Sequence record: NC_041849.1
From: Streptomyces phage phiELB20
Length of the DNA stretch: 24,000 nt
Direction: 5' to 3' (one strand)
Below the pieces are notes generated by a model. It was not told the DNA's origin. It searched no databases and saw only the letters and a program-made list of their open reading frames with translations. Each line of letters opens with the position of its first letter. Position 1 is the stretch's first letter. Shown here one piece after another: positions 1 through 8,783 of this stretch. The translations under genes were made by a program, and so were the position numbers.

Positions 1-1
1 C

Positions 2-370
2 TCCGTCCTGGGCCTCGGATACAACGGCCTGCCTCGGGGAGTGCCCGGCTGCGGGACCGGGGGGAACTGCCCTCGCGGGCGTCTGAGCACCGAGGACTGC
101 GCTCGGGACAGTGACTACGCCAACTGCGCTGCGGACCATGCGGAGCGCAACGCCATCCGAGACGCGCTCGACGTGAAGGGCATCCACCCCGACGAGCTGC
201 GGGACTCGACGTTGTACGTCACGCGCAAGCCGTGTCCCGCTTGCACCACCCTGATCACCGCCGTTGGCATTGGACGCGTCGTCGTCCGAGGAGAGGAGAA
301 CCCCGAGTGCTCACCCCAGGACGAAGCCTTTCGCTTCATGCTGAATCAGGCCGTGAACTCCCGCGCGTAG
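2..370 (+). CDS. dCMP/cytidine deaminase family protein, 5' end cut off by the window
   Basis: Open frame runs from the window edge (SVLGLGYNGLPRGVPGCG...); zinc-binding HAE and PCPAC motifs (HAERNAIRDAL ... KPCPACTTLI). Confidence 0.85.
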   Translation, partial: SVLGLGYNGLPRGVPGCGTGGNCPRGRLSTEDCARDSDYANCAADHAERNAIRDALDVKGIHPDELRDSTLYVTRKPCPACTTLITAVGIGRVVVRGEENPECSPQDEAFRFMLNQAVNSRA

Positions 371-393
371 ACGCGTTCGCTGATCTCTACGCC

Positions 394-1182
394 ATGGGCG
401 TGAGGCCGAGGCACGGCGAAGTCATCATGATCGCCGGCCGCTCCGGCACGCAGAAGTCCGGCTTCGCCCTCTTCTGGACGGCGATGATGAACTTGCCGAC
501 GCTCTACTTCTCGGCGGACATGTCGGCCTTCACCGCCTCGTCCCGGCTGGCCTCGATGTTCACGCGGGACACGACCGAGATGGTCGAGGCCGGCATGGCG
601 GAGGGCGGCAAGTACCGGCAGGCGTACATCGACGCGCTCGCCGACTCGAAGATCACCTTCTCGTTCGGATCGCCGATCTCCTGGCGTGCCGTTGACGAGG
701 AGCTGGAGGCGTACGTCGAGCTCTGGGACATGTACCCCGAGGTGATCGTGATGGACAACCTGATGGACTTCGAGGGCGCGGAGAGCGACTACACGGAGCA
801 GATGGCGGTCATGCAGGGAGCAACCGAGCTGGCCCGTCACACGGGCGCCACGGTCATCCTCCTGCACCACGCGAGCGACAAGGCGTGGGAGGCGAAGTCG
901 TCCCCGTGGAACCCGCCCTCGCGCGACCAGATCAAGGGCGGCCTCTCCGAGAAGCCCGAGCTGTCCCTGTCCGTCGCCCTGGACCCGACGAGCATGGCGT
1001 ACCACGTGGCCTGCGTGAAGCAGCGCATGGGCCCGTGTGACCCGACCGCACAGCGCTACGCCACGATGATCTGTGAGCCGGAGTACACGCGCTTCAAGAA
1101 GGCGGAGATCCGGCAGGTCGCGGCGCCCGTCGTGAAGCCGGCCGAGGACTGGTCCCCGACCAAGGTGTTGCTCGGCTCGTAA
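394..1182 (+). CDS. DnaB-like/RecA-superfamily ATPase (replicative helicase or loader-like)
   Basis: Walker A-like GRSGTQKS, Walker B-like PEVIVMDNLMD, then GATVILLHHASDK. The ORF opens at 232; start 394 is chosen because it follows the upstream CDS and precedes the conserved part. Confidence 0.65.
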   Translation: MGVRPRHGEVIMIAGRSGTQKSGFALFWTAMMNLPTLYFSADMSAFTASSRLASMFTRDTTEMVEAGMAEGGKYRQAYIDALADSKITFSFGSPISWRAVDEELEAYVELWDMYPEVIVMDNLMDFEGAESDYTEQMAVMQGATELARHTGATVILLHHASDKAWEAKSSPWNPPSRDQIKGGLSEKPELSLSVALDPTSMAYHVACVKQRMGPCDPTAQRYATMICEPEYTRFKKAEIRQVAAPVVKPAEDWSPTKVLLGS

Positions 1183-1205
1183 GTGTGATACTGTCGCAGA
1201 CATCA

Positions 1206-1223
1206 GCCGGGCGCTCGCCCGGC
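1206..1223 (+). promoter_or_regulatory. Stem-loop in the leader of the nuclease gene
   Basis: GCCGGGC-GCTC-GCCCGGC perfect 7-bp hairpin after TGTGATACTGTC, which resembles the -10 region of the right-arm promoters. Confidence 0.4.
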
Positions 1224-1238
1224 CTTACTTGAGAGTAG

Positions 1239-1625
1239 GTGTGCAAGTTGAGCAACAGCATCTCCACGAGGAACAAGCGCAACAAGCGGATCGGCGCCCA
1301 GTGGGAGACCGACCTCCGCGAGGGCCTGCGCTCCGAGGGCTTCGACGTCGAGTCGCTCCGCCTGGCCGGCAAGGAGGACGAGGGCGACATGGTCGTCCGT
1401 GAGGGCGACGGCAAGTACCTGGTGATCGAGGCCAAGAACGCGAAGTTCGAGCCCGGCGTCTTCCTCGGCGAAGCCATCGTCGAGCGCGAGAACTTCGCCA
1501 AGCACCGGGGCCTGGACCTGGAGAACGTCGAGTCGATCGTCGTCGTCAAGCGCCGTGGCAAGGGCTGGCGCAAGGCGTTCGTGCTGACGACCGTCGAGGA
1601 CTACCTCGGGCTGGACCCGCAGTGA
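1239..1625 (+). CDS. PD-(D/E)XK nuclease-like protein (Holliday-junction-resolvase-like)
   Basis: GTG start; EDEGDMVVREGDGKYLVIEAKN gives the D...ExK catalytic pattern. Confidence 0.6.
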   Translation: MCKLSNSISTRNKRNKRIGAQWETDLREGLRSEGFDVESLRLAGKEDEGDMVVREGDGKYLVIEAKNAKFEPGVFLGEAIVERENFAKHRGLDLENVESIVVVKRRGKGWRKAFVLTTVEDYLGLDPQ

Positions 1626-1759
1626 ACGCGACAGCGGACGGCATCGCCGCGTTCCACGCCTTCATCTCCGACGCCGAGGCGGACATCCTCACCGTCTTCC
1701 GCGTCGAGCGTGCCTACGAGGTGGACATGAAGGACGTGGGTGAGGGGTGGCTGCCGTGA
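1622..1759 (+). CDS. Small hypothetical protein (45 aa)
   Basis: GTG start overlapping the upstream stop by 4 nt; overlaps the next ORF; VNATADGIAAFHAFISDAEADILTVFRVERAYEVDMKDVGEGWLP. Confidence 0.5.
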   Translation: MNATADGIAAFHAFISDAEADILTVFRVERAYEVDMKDVGEGWLP

Positions 1760-2190
1760 GGTTCCACCGCATCGACGACCGCTCGGGCGAAGGGTCCGAC
1801 AGCAAGCCCCTGCTCGACGCGACCATGCACCACTTCGACGTCGACTTCAACGACCAGCGCAACGCGGGCATGGCGAAGTGCCCGCTCCACGACGACAACA
1901 CCCCGTCCATGAGCTACCGGCTCGACGAGGGCCTCTGGAACTGCCACTCCTGCGGGAATGGCGGGGACAGCTTCACCCTCATCGAGAAGTACCACGACAT
2001 GCAGCTCAACAAGGCGATCGACTTCAAGCAGGCCAAGGCGTACGCCAAGGAGCACGGCCTGGAGGAAGGCGCGGTCGCCAAGGAGACGGGCTACACCAGC
2101 CGCTACGGAGGCGGCCGGAAGGCAGCGGGCAAGAAGCCCGGACAGAAGCCAGGCGGAGGCTACGTGCCCGCCTGGAAGCGCAGTAAGTAA
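1747..2190 (+). CDS. Primase zinc-finger (CHC2-like) domain protein
   Basis: AKCPLHDDNTPSMSYRLDEGLWNCHSCGNGGDSFTLIEKY is a typical primase zinc ribbon. The start may be 1756. Confidence 0.75.
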   Translation: MAAVRFHRIDDRSGEGSDSKPLLDATMHHFDVDFNDQRNAGMAKCPLHDDNTPSMSYRLDEGLWNCHSCGNGGDSFTLIEKYHDMQLNKAIDFKQAKAYAKEHGLEEGAVAKETGYTSRYGGGRKAAGKKPGQKPGGGYVPAWKRSK

Positions 2191-2204
2191 GGAGGAGAAC
2201 CAGC

Positions 2205-2867
2205 TTGGCCGAGCACGAACCGCTCACGCCTCTCTCGACATCCCAGAAGGAGATGCTGGAGGAGGCGGTAGCCACCTACCAGGGCCACCTCACCCCGGAG
2301 GCGGCGGGCTACCTGATGGCGCGAGGGATCGGGCGGGACGAGGCGCTGGCCTTCCGGCTCGGCATCGTCGCCGACCCCGCACCCGGACACGAGAAGTACC
2401 GAGGGATGCTCGCGATCCCCTACCTCGGGCGCGACGGGCAGCCGCTCACCGTGCGCTTCCGCTGCCTGGCGGAGCACAACCACCGCGACTACTTCCACGG
2501 CAAGTACAACACGATCAAGGACGACATCCCCCGCATGTTCAACGTGGGTGCCGTCCACCGCGCGGGCGACGAGATCCACGTCACCGAGGGCGAGCTCGAC
2601 GCGGTCATCCTGAACAAGCTCGGCCTGCCGGCTGTCGCCATCCCCGGCGCGAACATGTGGTTCGGGAGGCACCGAAGGATGCTCGCCGGCTTCAGCCGCG
2701 TGTGGACCTGGGCCGACCCCGACGACGCGGGCGCCGAACTCACCGGCAAGGTCACCCGCGCCCTTCGTTCCGCCAAGGCCGTACGCCTGAAGGCCGACGT
2801 GACCGACACCTACATGACCCACGGAGCAGAGCACGTGCTCTCGCTCGTCGAGACCAAGGAGGACTGA
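2205..2867 (+). CDS. TOPRIM-domain primase-like protein
   Basis: IHVTEGELDAVILNKLGLPAVAIPGANMW (TOPRIM E-G-D region) and AIPYLGRDGQPLTVRFRC. Confidence 0.75.
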   Translation: MAEHEPLTPLSTSQKEMLEEAVATYQGHLTPEAAGYLMARGIGRDEALAFRLGIVADPAPGHEKYRGMLAIPYLGRDGQPLTVRFRCLAEHNHRDYFHGKYNTIKDDIPRMFNVGAVHRAGDEIHVTEGELDAVILNKLGLPAVAIPGANMWFGRHRRMLAGFSRVWTWADPDDAGAELTGKVTRALRSAKAVRLKADVTDTYMTHGAEHVLSLVETKED

Positions 2868-2871
2868 CCCA

Positions 2872-3234
2872 GTGGCAGACATCGAGAACGAGAAGACCGA
2901 GACCGTCGAAACCCCCAAGGCCAAGCCGACCCCCCGCAAGAAGGCGCCGGCCCGCAAGCCCGACCCGATGGAGGCCCTCCTCGCCGAGATGCGCGAGGCG
3001 GTGAGCCACCTCGGCCCGATGCCCACCAAGGACACGGCGCCCAGCCGGCGTCGCGGCCACGACGACCGCGCGGCAGCCTGGGGCCGCCACTACGGCCGCG
3101 AGCACACGGTCGACGGCTTCCTCCTGTCGCTCACCTTCGAGGCCCTGGCCTGCTACAAGCAGGAGCGGCGCTACGCCCTCCTTCAGCTTGCCGGCGCGGC
3201 CCTGCACCTGGCCGAGAACCCGGTCGACGAGTGA
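2872..3234 (+). CDS. Hypothetical protein
   Basis: 120-aa ORF with a low-complexity Lys/Pro N-terminus, in the operon. Confidence 0.6.
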   Translation: MADIENEKTETVETPKAKPTPRKKAPARKPDPMEALLAEMREAVSHLGPMPTKDTAPSRRRGHDDRAAAWGRHYGREHTVDGFLLSLTFEALACYKQERRYALLQLAGAALHLAENPVDE

Positions 3235-3443
3235 GCGCCGAGAACGAGGACTTCCCCGAGGAGTGGGAGGGAGTCGAGGTCACCGACACCGCGCCGGTCA
3301 TCGACCACTACGGCGCGGTGAAGCGGGCCGCCTCGATCGTGGGCGACCTGCGCAAGGAGCTGCGAGCCGAGGGCTTCACCAAGGAGGAGACGTTCGAGTT
3401 GGTCCAGGTGTACTGGGCCTCAGAGATGGGGGTGTTCGACTGA
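3231..3443 (+). CDS. Hypothetical small protein
   Basis: 70-aa ORF overlapping the upstream stop by 4 nt. Confidence 0.6.
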   Translation: MSAENEDFPEEWEGVEVTDTAPVIDHYGAVKRAASIVGDLRKELRAEGFTKEETFELVQVYWASEMGVFD

Positions 3444-3632
3444 GTGGCTGCCGAACTGAAGCATGGCCGACTTGCCTACGTTGTAGTGCACGGGACGCAC
3501 GAGGTGGTGCTCGCCCGGTACACCCAGCACGACCCCGAGGAGCCGGGGTACTTCGCCTTCTTCGGGACCGAGTTCACGGCCTGGCCGGAAGATACCGAGA
3601 TCGTCGAGCTCGCCGTCACCAGGAGCGTGTGA
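3444..3632 (+). CDS. Hypothetical small protein
   Basis: 62-aa ORF, abutting the upstream gene. Confidence 0.6.
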   Translation: MAAELKHGRLAYVVVHGTHEVVLARYTQHDPEEPGYFAFFGTEFTAWPEDTEIVELAVTRSV

Positions 3633-3633
3633 C

Positions 3634-3858
3634 GTGACCGAGCTCCCCGGAGATCCGGGCCCCACCCTGATCGACATCTTCGCCGCAATGACGCTCGCCG
3701 AGCAGCTCGCCTTCGTGCCTCACCTGCTCGGCGAGACGTCGGCCGACTGGCTGTCGGCCACCCTTCGCCGCTTCGACCACGACGTATCCGCCACCACCAT
3801 CCGCACGTACCGCCGGGCACTCCGGCAGGAAGGAGGCCCCAGTGAGCGAGCTGCTTGA
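3634..3858 (+). CDS. Hypothetical small protein
   Basis: 74-aa ORF overlapping the start of the phosphoesterase gene. Confidence 0.55.
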   Translation: MTELPGDPGPTLIDIFAAMTLAEQLAFVPHLLGETSADWLSATLRRFDHDVSATTIRTYRRALRQEGGPSERAA

Positions 3859-5035
3859 CGAACTCCTGGCCAAGCCTGTCGGCCCCACCGTTCCGGCCCG
3901 GCAGACCGACCCTGAGAAGGACTTCACCCGGCAGATCGAGGTGAAGGGCGACGCTGCGGACGTGACCGTGCGCGCCGAGACCTTCGAGCAGACCGAGACC
4001 GCCGCGACCGACGTCCTCAAGGGCCAGGGCCTCGACCCTGCCGAGTGGACCGTGACCGGCTTCCGCTCCTCGGAGTGGACGATGGCCAACGGGGACACGG
4101 GCGTGTCCACCCGCTTTTCCTTCGCTCGGGCCAAGTGTGCAACTGTCGCAGACGCCCGGCCCCCGATCGACGAGCTGCTCGCCACCATCGAGCAGTACAC
4201 CCCCGTCGAACCGCTGGACGAGCCGGGCGACCACACGTTCATCGTGGCCCTGGGCGACATGCAGTTCGGCAAGATCGACGGCGACGGAGTGGAGGGCACG
4301 CTCCAGCGCACGATCGACTGCCTGAACAAGGCGGCCGACCTGCTGTACGTCTACAAGCAGCGCTTCGCCATCGACCACGTCCACATCGCCTGGCTCGGGG
4401 ATCACGTCGAAGGATTCGTCTCGCAGGGTGGAGCGAACACCTGGCGTACGCAGCTCACGCTCAACGAGCAGATCCGCCTCACCCGGCGCGTGATGCTTCA
4501 CGCCCTGCTCCTGTTCGCCCCGCGCGTCGGCTACCTGACCATGGCGGCCGTCCCCGGCAACCACGGCGAAGCGATCAGGGTGTCCGGCAAGGGCGTGACC
4601 CGGTACGACGACAGCCACGACACCGAGTCCCTGATCGCGGTCAAGGACGCGGCCGACCTGAACCCCGAGCGGTTCGGTCACGTCGAGTTCTTCGTCCCCG
4701 ACACGGACGAGCTGACCGTCGTCGTCGAGTGCTCGGGCACGGTCGTCTCCCACGCCCACGGCCATCAGTTCAGGCCGGGCAAGCACTTCGACTGGTGGAA
4801 GGGGCAGGCGTTCGGCCGGGCCTCGGCCATGCACCAGGCGGACGTACTGCTCGCCGGCCACCTGCACCACGAGTTCATCGAAGCGGACGGACCGCGCACC
4901 TTCATCCAGGTGCCGTCGATGGAGTCCGAGTCGACGTGGTTCCGGCACAGCAAGGGCGCGGAGGGCGCCCCCGGACTGATCGTCGCAGTAACCAAGGACG
5001 GGCGTGTGCCCGTGAAGGAGGTAGTCACCCAGTGA
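3842..5035 (+). CDS. Calcineurin-like metallophosphoesterase / putative exonuclease
   Basis: Metal-ligand motifs in order: ALGDMQ, WLGDHVEG, VPGNHGE, SHAHGHQ, LLAGHLHHEF. Confidence 0.8.
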   Translation: MSELLDELLAKPVGPTVPARQTDPEKDFTRQIEVKGDAADVTVRAETFEQTETAATDVLKGQGLDPAEWTVTGFRSSEWTMANGDTGVSTRFSFARAKCATVADARPPIDELLATIEQYTPVEPLDEPGDHTFIVALGDMQFGKIDGDGVEGTLQRTIDCLNKAADLLYVYKQRFAIDHVHIAWLGDHVEGFVSQGGANTWRTQLTLNEQIRLTRRVMLHALLLFAPRVGYLTMAAVPGNHGEAIRVSGKGVTRYDDSHDTESLIAVKDAADLNPERFGHVEFFVPDTDELTVVVECSGTVVSHAHGHQFRPGKHFDWWKGQAFGRASAMHQADVLLAGHLHHEFIEADGPRTFIQVPSMESESTWFRHSKGAEGAPGLIVAVTKDGRVPVKEVVTQ

Positions 5036-5385
5036 ACATCATCGAGATCACCAACGCGTACGAGACCGCCGAGCAGGCGTCGGTCGACTGGACCGTGCTG
5101 GAGCTGAAGCCCGTCACGGACGGCGCCCGCAGCGCGGCCTACGCCTTCGCTCGTGACTACGAGGGCGTCGTCGAGCGCGAGGACATGGAGCAGGAGCTCC
5201 TCACCGCCTTCGCGCTCAGGCCCAGGATGGTCCGCGAGGTCATCGCCGAGGCGGACAACCCGGCGGGCGTCCTGAACTTCCGGGGCTACCGCATCCTGCG
5301 GGACATCTTCAAGACGCAGGCCACGCACAGGCGCAAGCAGGTCTCCTACGAGGCGAACGCCGAGGCGCTCGGGGGTGCTGAGTGA
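5032..5385 (+). CDS. Small protein, possible sigma-70 region 2-like
   Basis: VNIIEITNA...; segment AYAFARDYEGVVEREDMEQELLTAF...FRGYRILRDIFKTQATHRRKQ resembles sigma region 2 by eye. GTG overlaps the upstream stop. Confidence 0.45.
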   Translation: MNIIEITNAYETAEQASVDWTVLELKPVTDGARSAAYAFARDYEGVVEREDMEQELLTAFALRPRMVREVIAEADNPAGVLNFRGYRILRDIFKTQATHRRKQVSYEANAEALGGAE

Positions 5386-5768
5386 GCGGGTACAACCGAG
5401 CCCTCGTCGAGCACATCCTCCCGGCGGTCTGGGACGGCGAGGCGGCCTACGGCATCAAGGCCGAACAGGTGCCTGACGCCGACATGCCGCGAGGCCACAA
5501 GGACCCGAAGAAGGGCAGCCCGCTCTTCGCCCACATCGCCGACATCAAGGCCGCCTGGAAGCAGGCGCCACTGTCCCTCGTCGAGCAGCAGGCGGTCTTC
5601 CTTCGCTTCGCTCTCGACGAGCACGACGACGAGATCGCGGCCTTCCAGTCCGTGAGCGGTCGAGCTGTCCGCTACCGGGTGGAGCGGGGCGTGGGCAAGC
5701 TCGCCGCCCACCTGAACGGCGAGAAGTACATCGACGGCTACGACCAGTTGGAGGATGAGGCAGCGTGA
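5382..5768 (+). CDS. Small HTH protein, possible sigma-70 region 4-like
   Basis: LSLVEQQAVFLRFALDEHDDEIAAFQSVSGRAVRYRVERGVGKLAAHL resembles a region 4 helix-turn-helix. Confidence 0.5.
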   Translation: MSGYNRALVEHILPAVWDGEAAYGIKAEQVPDADMPRGHKDPKKGSPLFAHIADIKAAWKQAPLSLVEQQAVFLRFALDEHDDEIAAFQSVSGRAVRYRVERGVGKLAAHLNGEKYIDGYDQLEDEAA

Positions 5769-6142
5769 GCGAGGCGCCACCGGAGAGCATGGCCGATGGC
5801 CGGTTCGACTTCTACGACGATGCGCGCGAGCTGTACTTCTGGCGCGACGAAGGATCGGACAGCGACGGGCTGATCTTCTACCGCTCGTACACCGAGGCCG
5901 AGCGCGCCGACAAGGCGAAGCGGCTCCAGCTCGACGGGCTGCGAGCCCAGGCCGACGAGGCGATCCCCTACCTCGACGAGCGGATCGACATCTGCCTCGC
6001 CTACGTCGAGAGGCTGGAGCCGGCCTCGCTGGAGGAGCTGGCAGCCCAGCTCAAGGTCGTGTCCGACCTGGCCGCGTACAGCGCCGGAACGCTGAAGCGC
6101 CTGATCGTGGTGCTCGGCGAGCTGACCGGCCGACCTGTGTAA
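5765..6142 (+). CDS. Hypothetical protein
   Basis: 125-aa ORF, 4-nt overlap with the upstream stop. Confidence 0.6.
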   Translation: MSEAPPESMADGRFDFYDDARELYFWRDEGSDSDGLIFYRSYTEAERADKAKRLQLDGLRAQADEAIPYLDERIDICLAYVERLEPASLEELAAQLKVVSDLAAYSAGTLKRLIVVLGELTGRPV

Positions 6143-6151
6143 GTGTCGCCT

Positions 6152-6177
6152 GGCGGCAGTCCTTCGGGGCTGTCGCC
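6152..6177 (+). promoter_or_regulatory. Strong stem-loop in the leader of the ribonucleotide reductase gene
   Basis: GGCGGCAGTCC-TTCG-GGGCTGTCGCC: 11-bp stem (with G-U pairs), UUCG loop. Confidence 0.6.
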
Positions 6178-6219
6178 TTGAGGCAGTGAGAGACCCAACT
6201 ACCCCAGGAGGATTCACCC

Positions 6220-8334
6220 GTGATCGACGTTCCCTTTGGCCCGACCGGCGAGCTCGTCTACAACCGCACGTATTCCCGCACGCTGGCCGATGGCTCGAAG
6301 GAGACCTGGCCCGACACCGTCCGCCGCGTCGCAGCCGGCAACCTCGCCCTCGTCCACGGCACCGACCAGACGGCCTGGAGTGACGACGTACGGGCCGAAC
6401 ACGACGAGCTGGTCTCCTACATGGACCAGTTCGCCATCATCCCCGCAGGGCGCCACCTGTGGGCGACAGGCGTGAAGGGCAGGCAGTACCTCTTCAACTG
6501 CCACGTCGCGCCGTGGGGCGACAAGCTGTCCCGGCACTTCGAGTTCACCTTCATGCGCCTGATGGAGGGCGGCGGTGTCGGCGGCAACTACAGCACCAAG
6601 TACCTCAAGGAGTTCGGCGCCCCGCGCCGCGAGCTCGACGTCCACGTGGTGTGTGACCCGATGCACCAGGACTACGCCGAGATGAAGGCGGCCGGCCTCC
6701 TGTCCACCGAGTACGACTCGGACTGGGCCGGGGCCTTCGAGGTCGAGGACTCCCGCGAGGGATGGGCTGACGCCCTCGTCGACCTGATCGACACGTTCAT
6801 GAGCGACGGCGAAGTGAAGCACCGCGCCCGCGTCTACGACGTGAGCCGTGTCCGCTGCAAGGGCTCGCGCCTGAAGACGTTCGGCGGCACCGCCTCGGGC
6901 CCCGGCCCCTTCGCCCGGATGCTCGAAGAGGTCGCGGTCGTACTGAATGGCGCGGTCGGTGAGCGCCACGTCGAGGTCGGTGACGGCTTCGGCTGGAGCT
7001 ACGGGCACCTGACCCCGGTCGAGGCGATGGAGATCGACCACGCCATCGCGGAGTGCGTGGTGTCGGGCGGCGTCCGGCGCTCTGCCCGCATGGCCATCTG
7101 CAAGTGGGACGACCCGTTCATCGACGACTTCCTCGGCTGCAAGGCGGACGGCTCGAAGCACTGGACGACGAACATCTCCGTCGAGATCGACCAGGACTTC
7201 ATCGACTACCTGTCCGGCGACAAGCACGACGACTTCGGGCCCGGCGGCAACGAGCTGGCGTACATGGTCCACAAGAAGGTCGTCGAGGGGATGCTCCGGA
7301 ACGGAGAGCCCGGCTACTGGAACTCGACCTTCTCGAACGAGGGCGAGGTGAACGAGGTGATCGCGACCAACCCTTGCGGGGAGATCGCGCTGCCTCCGAC
7401 CGGCGCCTGCGTGCTCGGCCACGTGAACCTCGACTTCTTCGCGCCGAAGGTGAAGGGCGAGCACAGCGACTTCGACGGCCTGCGCCGGGCGCACGAGCTG
7501 ATGACGCGGTTCCTGATCCGGGCCACGTACGGCGACATGACCGACGACCAGCAGCGCGAGGTCATGCACAGCGAGCGGCGCGTGGGCGTCGGCCACCTCG
7601 GAGTGCAGGGCTTCCTCGCGAAGCACGGCACGCGCTACTCCGACGCCCCGTACGACCCGCAGTTCCGTAACCTGCTGACCTTCCTTGCGGACACCGTCCG
7701 CGACGAGGCCCGCGAGTACGCCTTCCAGCTCCGCATCCCGGAGCCCGTGAAGGTGACGACCGTGGCGCCGACCGGCTCGATCGCGAAGCTCCCCGGAGTG
7801 AGCGAGGGCATCCACCCGATCTACGCCCGGCACTTCCTGCGGCGCGTACGGTTCTCGATGACCGACCCGGCGCAGGTGAAGACGATCATGGCTGCCGAGG
7901 CGGCCGGCCTCCTGGTCGAGGAGTGCATCTACGACAAGAGCGGCAACACCTACGTCGTGGCCTACCCGACGAAGGAGAAGCTGGTCGCCGAGGTCGAGGA
8001 CATGGGCTACGACCCTGCGATCGTGCAGTCGGCGGACGAGATCGACCTGCACTCGATGCTCGCCTTCCAGGCCATGTACCAGGAGGACTACGCGGACAAC
8101 GCGGTCTCCTTCACGGTGAACTTCCCGGAGGGGAAGTACTCGGTCGAGGAGGCGGCGGACATCATCGAGGCGTGGCTCCCGAGCCTGAAGGGGACCACCC
8201 TCATGCCGGACGGCACGCGAGAGCAGGCCCCGTACGAGCGGCTGACCGCCGAGCAGTTCGCCCAGTACGAGGTGACCTCGGTCGAGGACTCGACGGACGA
8301 GGACTGCGCGACCGGCGCCTGCCCGGTGCGGTAG
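6220..8334 (+). CDS. nrdJ: Adenosylcobalamin-dependent ribonucleoside-triphosphate reductase (class II)
   Basis: YLFNCHVAPWGDKLSRHFEFTFMRLMEGGGVGGNYS, ATNPCGEIALPPTGACVLGHVNL and a C-terminal cysteine pair CATGACPVR. Confidence 0.85.
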   Translation: MIDVPFGPTGELVYNRTYSRTLADGSKETWPDTVRRVAAGNLALVHGTDQTAWSDDVRAEHDELVSYMDQFAIIPAGRHLWATGVKGRQYLFNCHVAPWGDKLSRHFEFTFMRLMEGGGVGGNYSTKYLKEFGAPRRELDVHVVCDPMHQDYAEMKAAGLLSTEYDSDWAGAFEVEDSREGWADALVDLIDTFMSDGEVKHRARVYDVSRVRCKGSRLKTFGGTASGPGPFARMLEEVAVVLNGAVGERHVEVGDGFGWSYGHLTPVEAMEIDHAIAECVVSGGVRRSARMAICKWDDPFIDDFLGCKADGSKHWTTNISVEIDQDFIDYLSGDKHDDFGPGGNELAYMVHKKVVEGMLRNGEPGYWNSTFSNEGEVNEVIATNPCGEIALPPTGACVLGHVNLDFFAPKVKGEHSDFDGLRRAHELMTRFLIRATYGDMTDDQQREVMHSERRVGVGHLGVQGFLAKHGTRYSDAPYDPQFRNLLTFLADTVRDEAREYAFQLRIPEPVKVTTVAPTGSIAKLPGVSEGIHPIYARHFLRRVRFSMTDPAQVKTIMAAEAAGLLVEECIYDKSGNTYVVAYPTKEKLVAEVEDMGYDPAIVQSADEIDLHSMLAFQAMYQEDYADNAVSFTVNFPEGKYSVEEAADIIEAWLPSLKGTTLMPDGTREQAPYERLTAEQFAQYEVTSVEDSTDEDCATGACPVR

Positions 8335-8340
8335 CACGGC

Positions 8341-8374
8341 GAAGCCCCCCATCTCTTCGGAGGTGGGGGGCTTC
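8341..8374 (+). terminator. Strong hairpin terminator between convergent transcription units
   Basis: GAAGCCCCCCATCTC-TTCG-GAGGTGGGGGGCTTC right after the reductase stop codon. Confidence 0.75.
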
Positions 8375-8436
8375 TCTGCGTTGTGGAAGGCCCCGCCCAA
8401 ACGCCCACGGGGGGAGGCAGCAAGGGCGGGGCCGGC

Positions 8437-8544
8437 TCAGGGGTTGGCCAGCACGTATGCGGCGGCCAAGGTGACGCCGATCGAGGCGGAGATCATGAAG
8501 ATGAGGAGCGGCCCGGCCAGCCGGCCGATCAGGCGCCGGATCAC
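8437..8544 (-). CDS. Tiny putative membrane protein (35 aa), absent from the ORF track
   Basis: VIRRLIGRLAGPLLIFMISASIGVTLAAAYVLANP; its GTG overlaps the upstream TGA by 4 nt. Confidence 0.45.
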   Translation of the reverse strand: MIRRLIGRLAGPLLIFMISASIGVTLAAAYVLANP

Positions 8545-8783
8545 TCGTTCATGTATGTGCGCCACGGGCGGGTGATCTGCTCGCGGTACGTGTGGTGGCT
8601 CGGGTTCTTACCGGAGTGGCTGATCGCCCAGTTCTGCGGCTCTACCCAGTCCTCGTCTCGCCCCGACTCCTCGGAGCAGACGACACACTGTATGGAGTAG
8701 GTCTGCGGCTCGGCGTCCGGCTCGCGGTCCGGCGTGAGGGTCCATGTGACATGCCGGACGATCGCTCGCGGGCCGGCGCTCAC
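8541..8783 (-). CDS. Small cysteine-containing protein typical of Streptomyces
   Basis: VRHVTWTLTPDREPDAEPQTYSIQCVVCSEESG...WAISHSGKNPSHHTYREQITRPWR; GTGA overlap with the upstream gene fixes the start. Confidence 0.65.
   Translation of the reverse strand: MSAGPRAIVRHVTWTLTPDREPDAEPQTYSIQCVVCSEESGRDEDWVEPQNWAISHSGKNPSHHTYREQITRPWRTYMNE

Noticed and set aside
4137-4160. GTGCAACTGTCGCAG inside the phosphoesterase gene as a promoter box
   Set aside because: Inside a well-supported coding region and lacking a good -10 at proper spacing; probably chance similarity.
6143-6219. Cobalamin riboswitch upstream of the B12-dependent reductase
   Set aside because: Only 77 nt, and no B12-box-like sequence seen.
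6214-8400. 728-aa - strand ORF opposite the reductase
   Set aside because: Arg/Val/Leu-rich antisense frame of a well-supported coding gene; a typical high-GC artefact. The same applies to 346-1203, 2160-3035, 3476-4948 and most + ORFs opposite the leftward arm.
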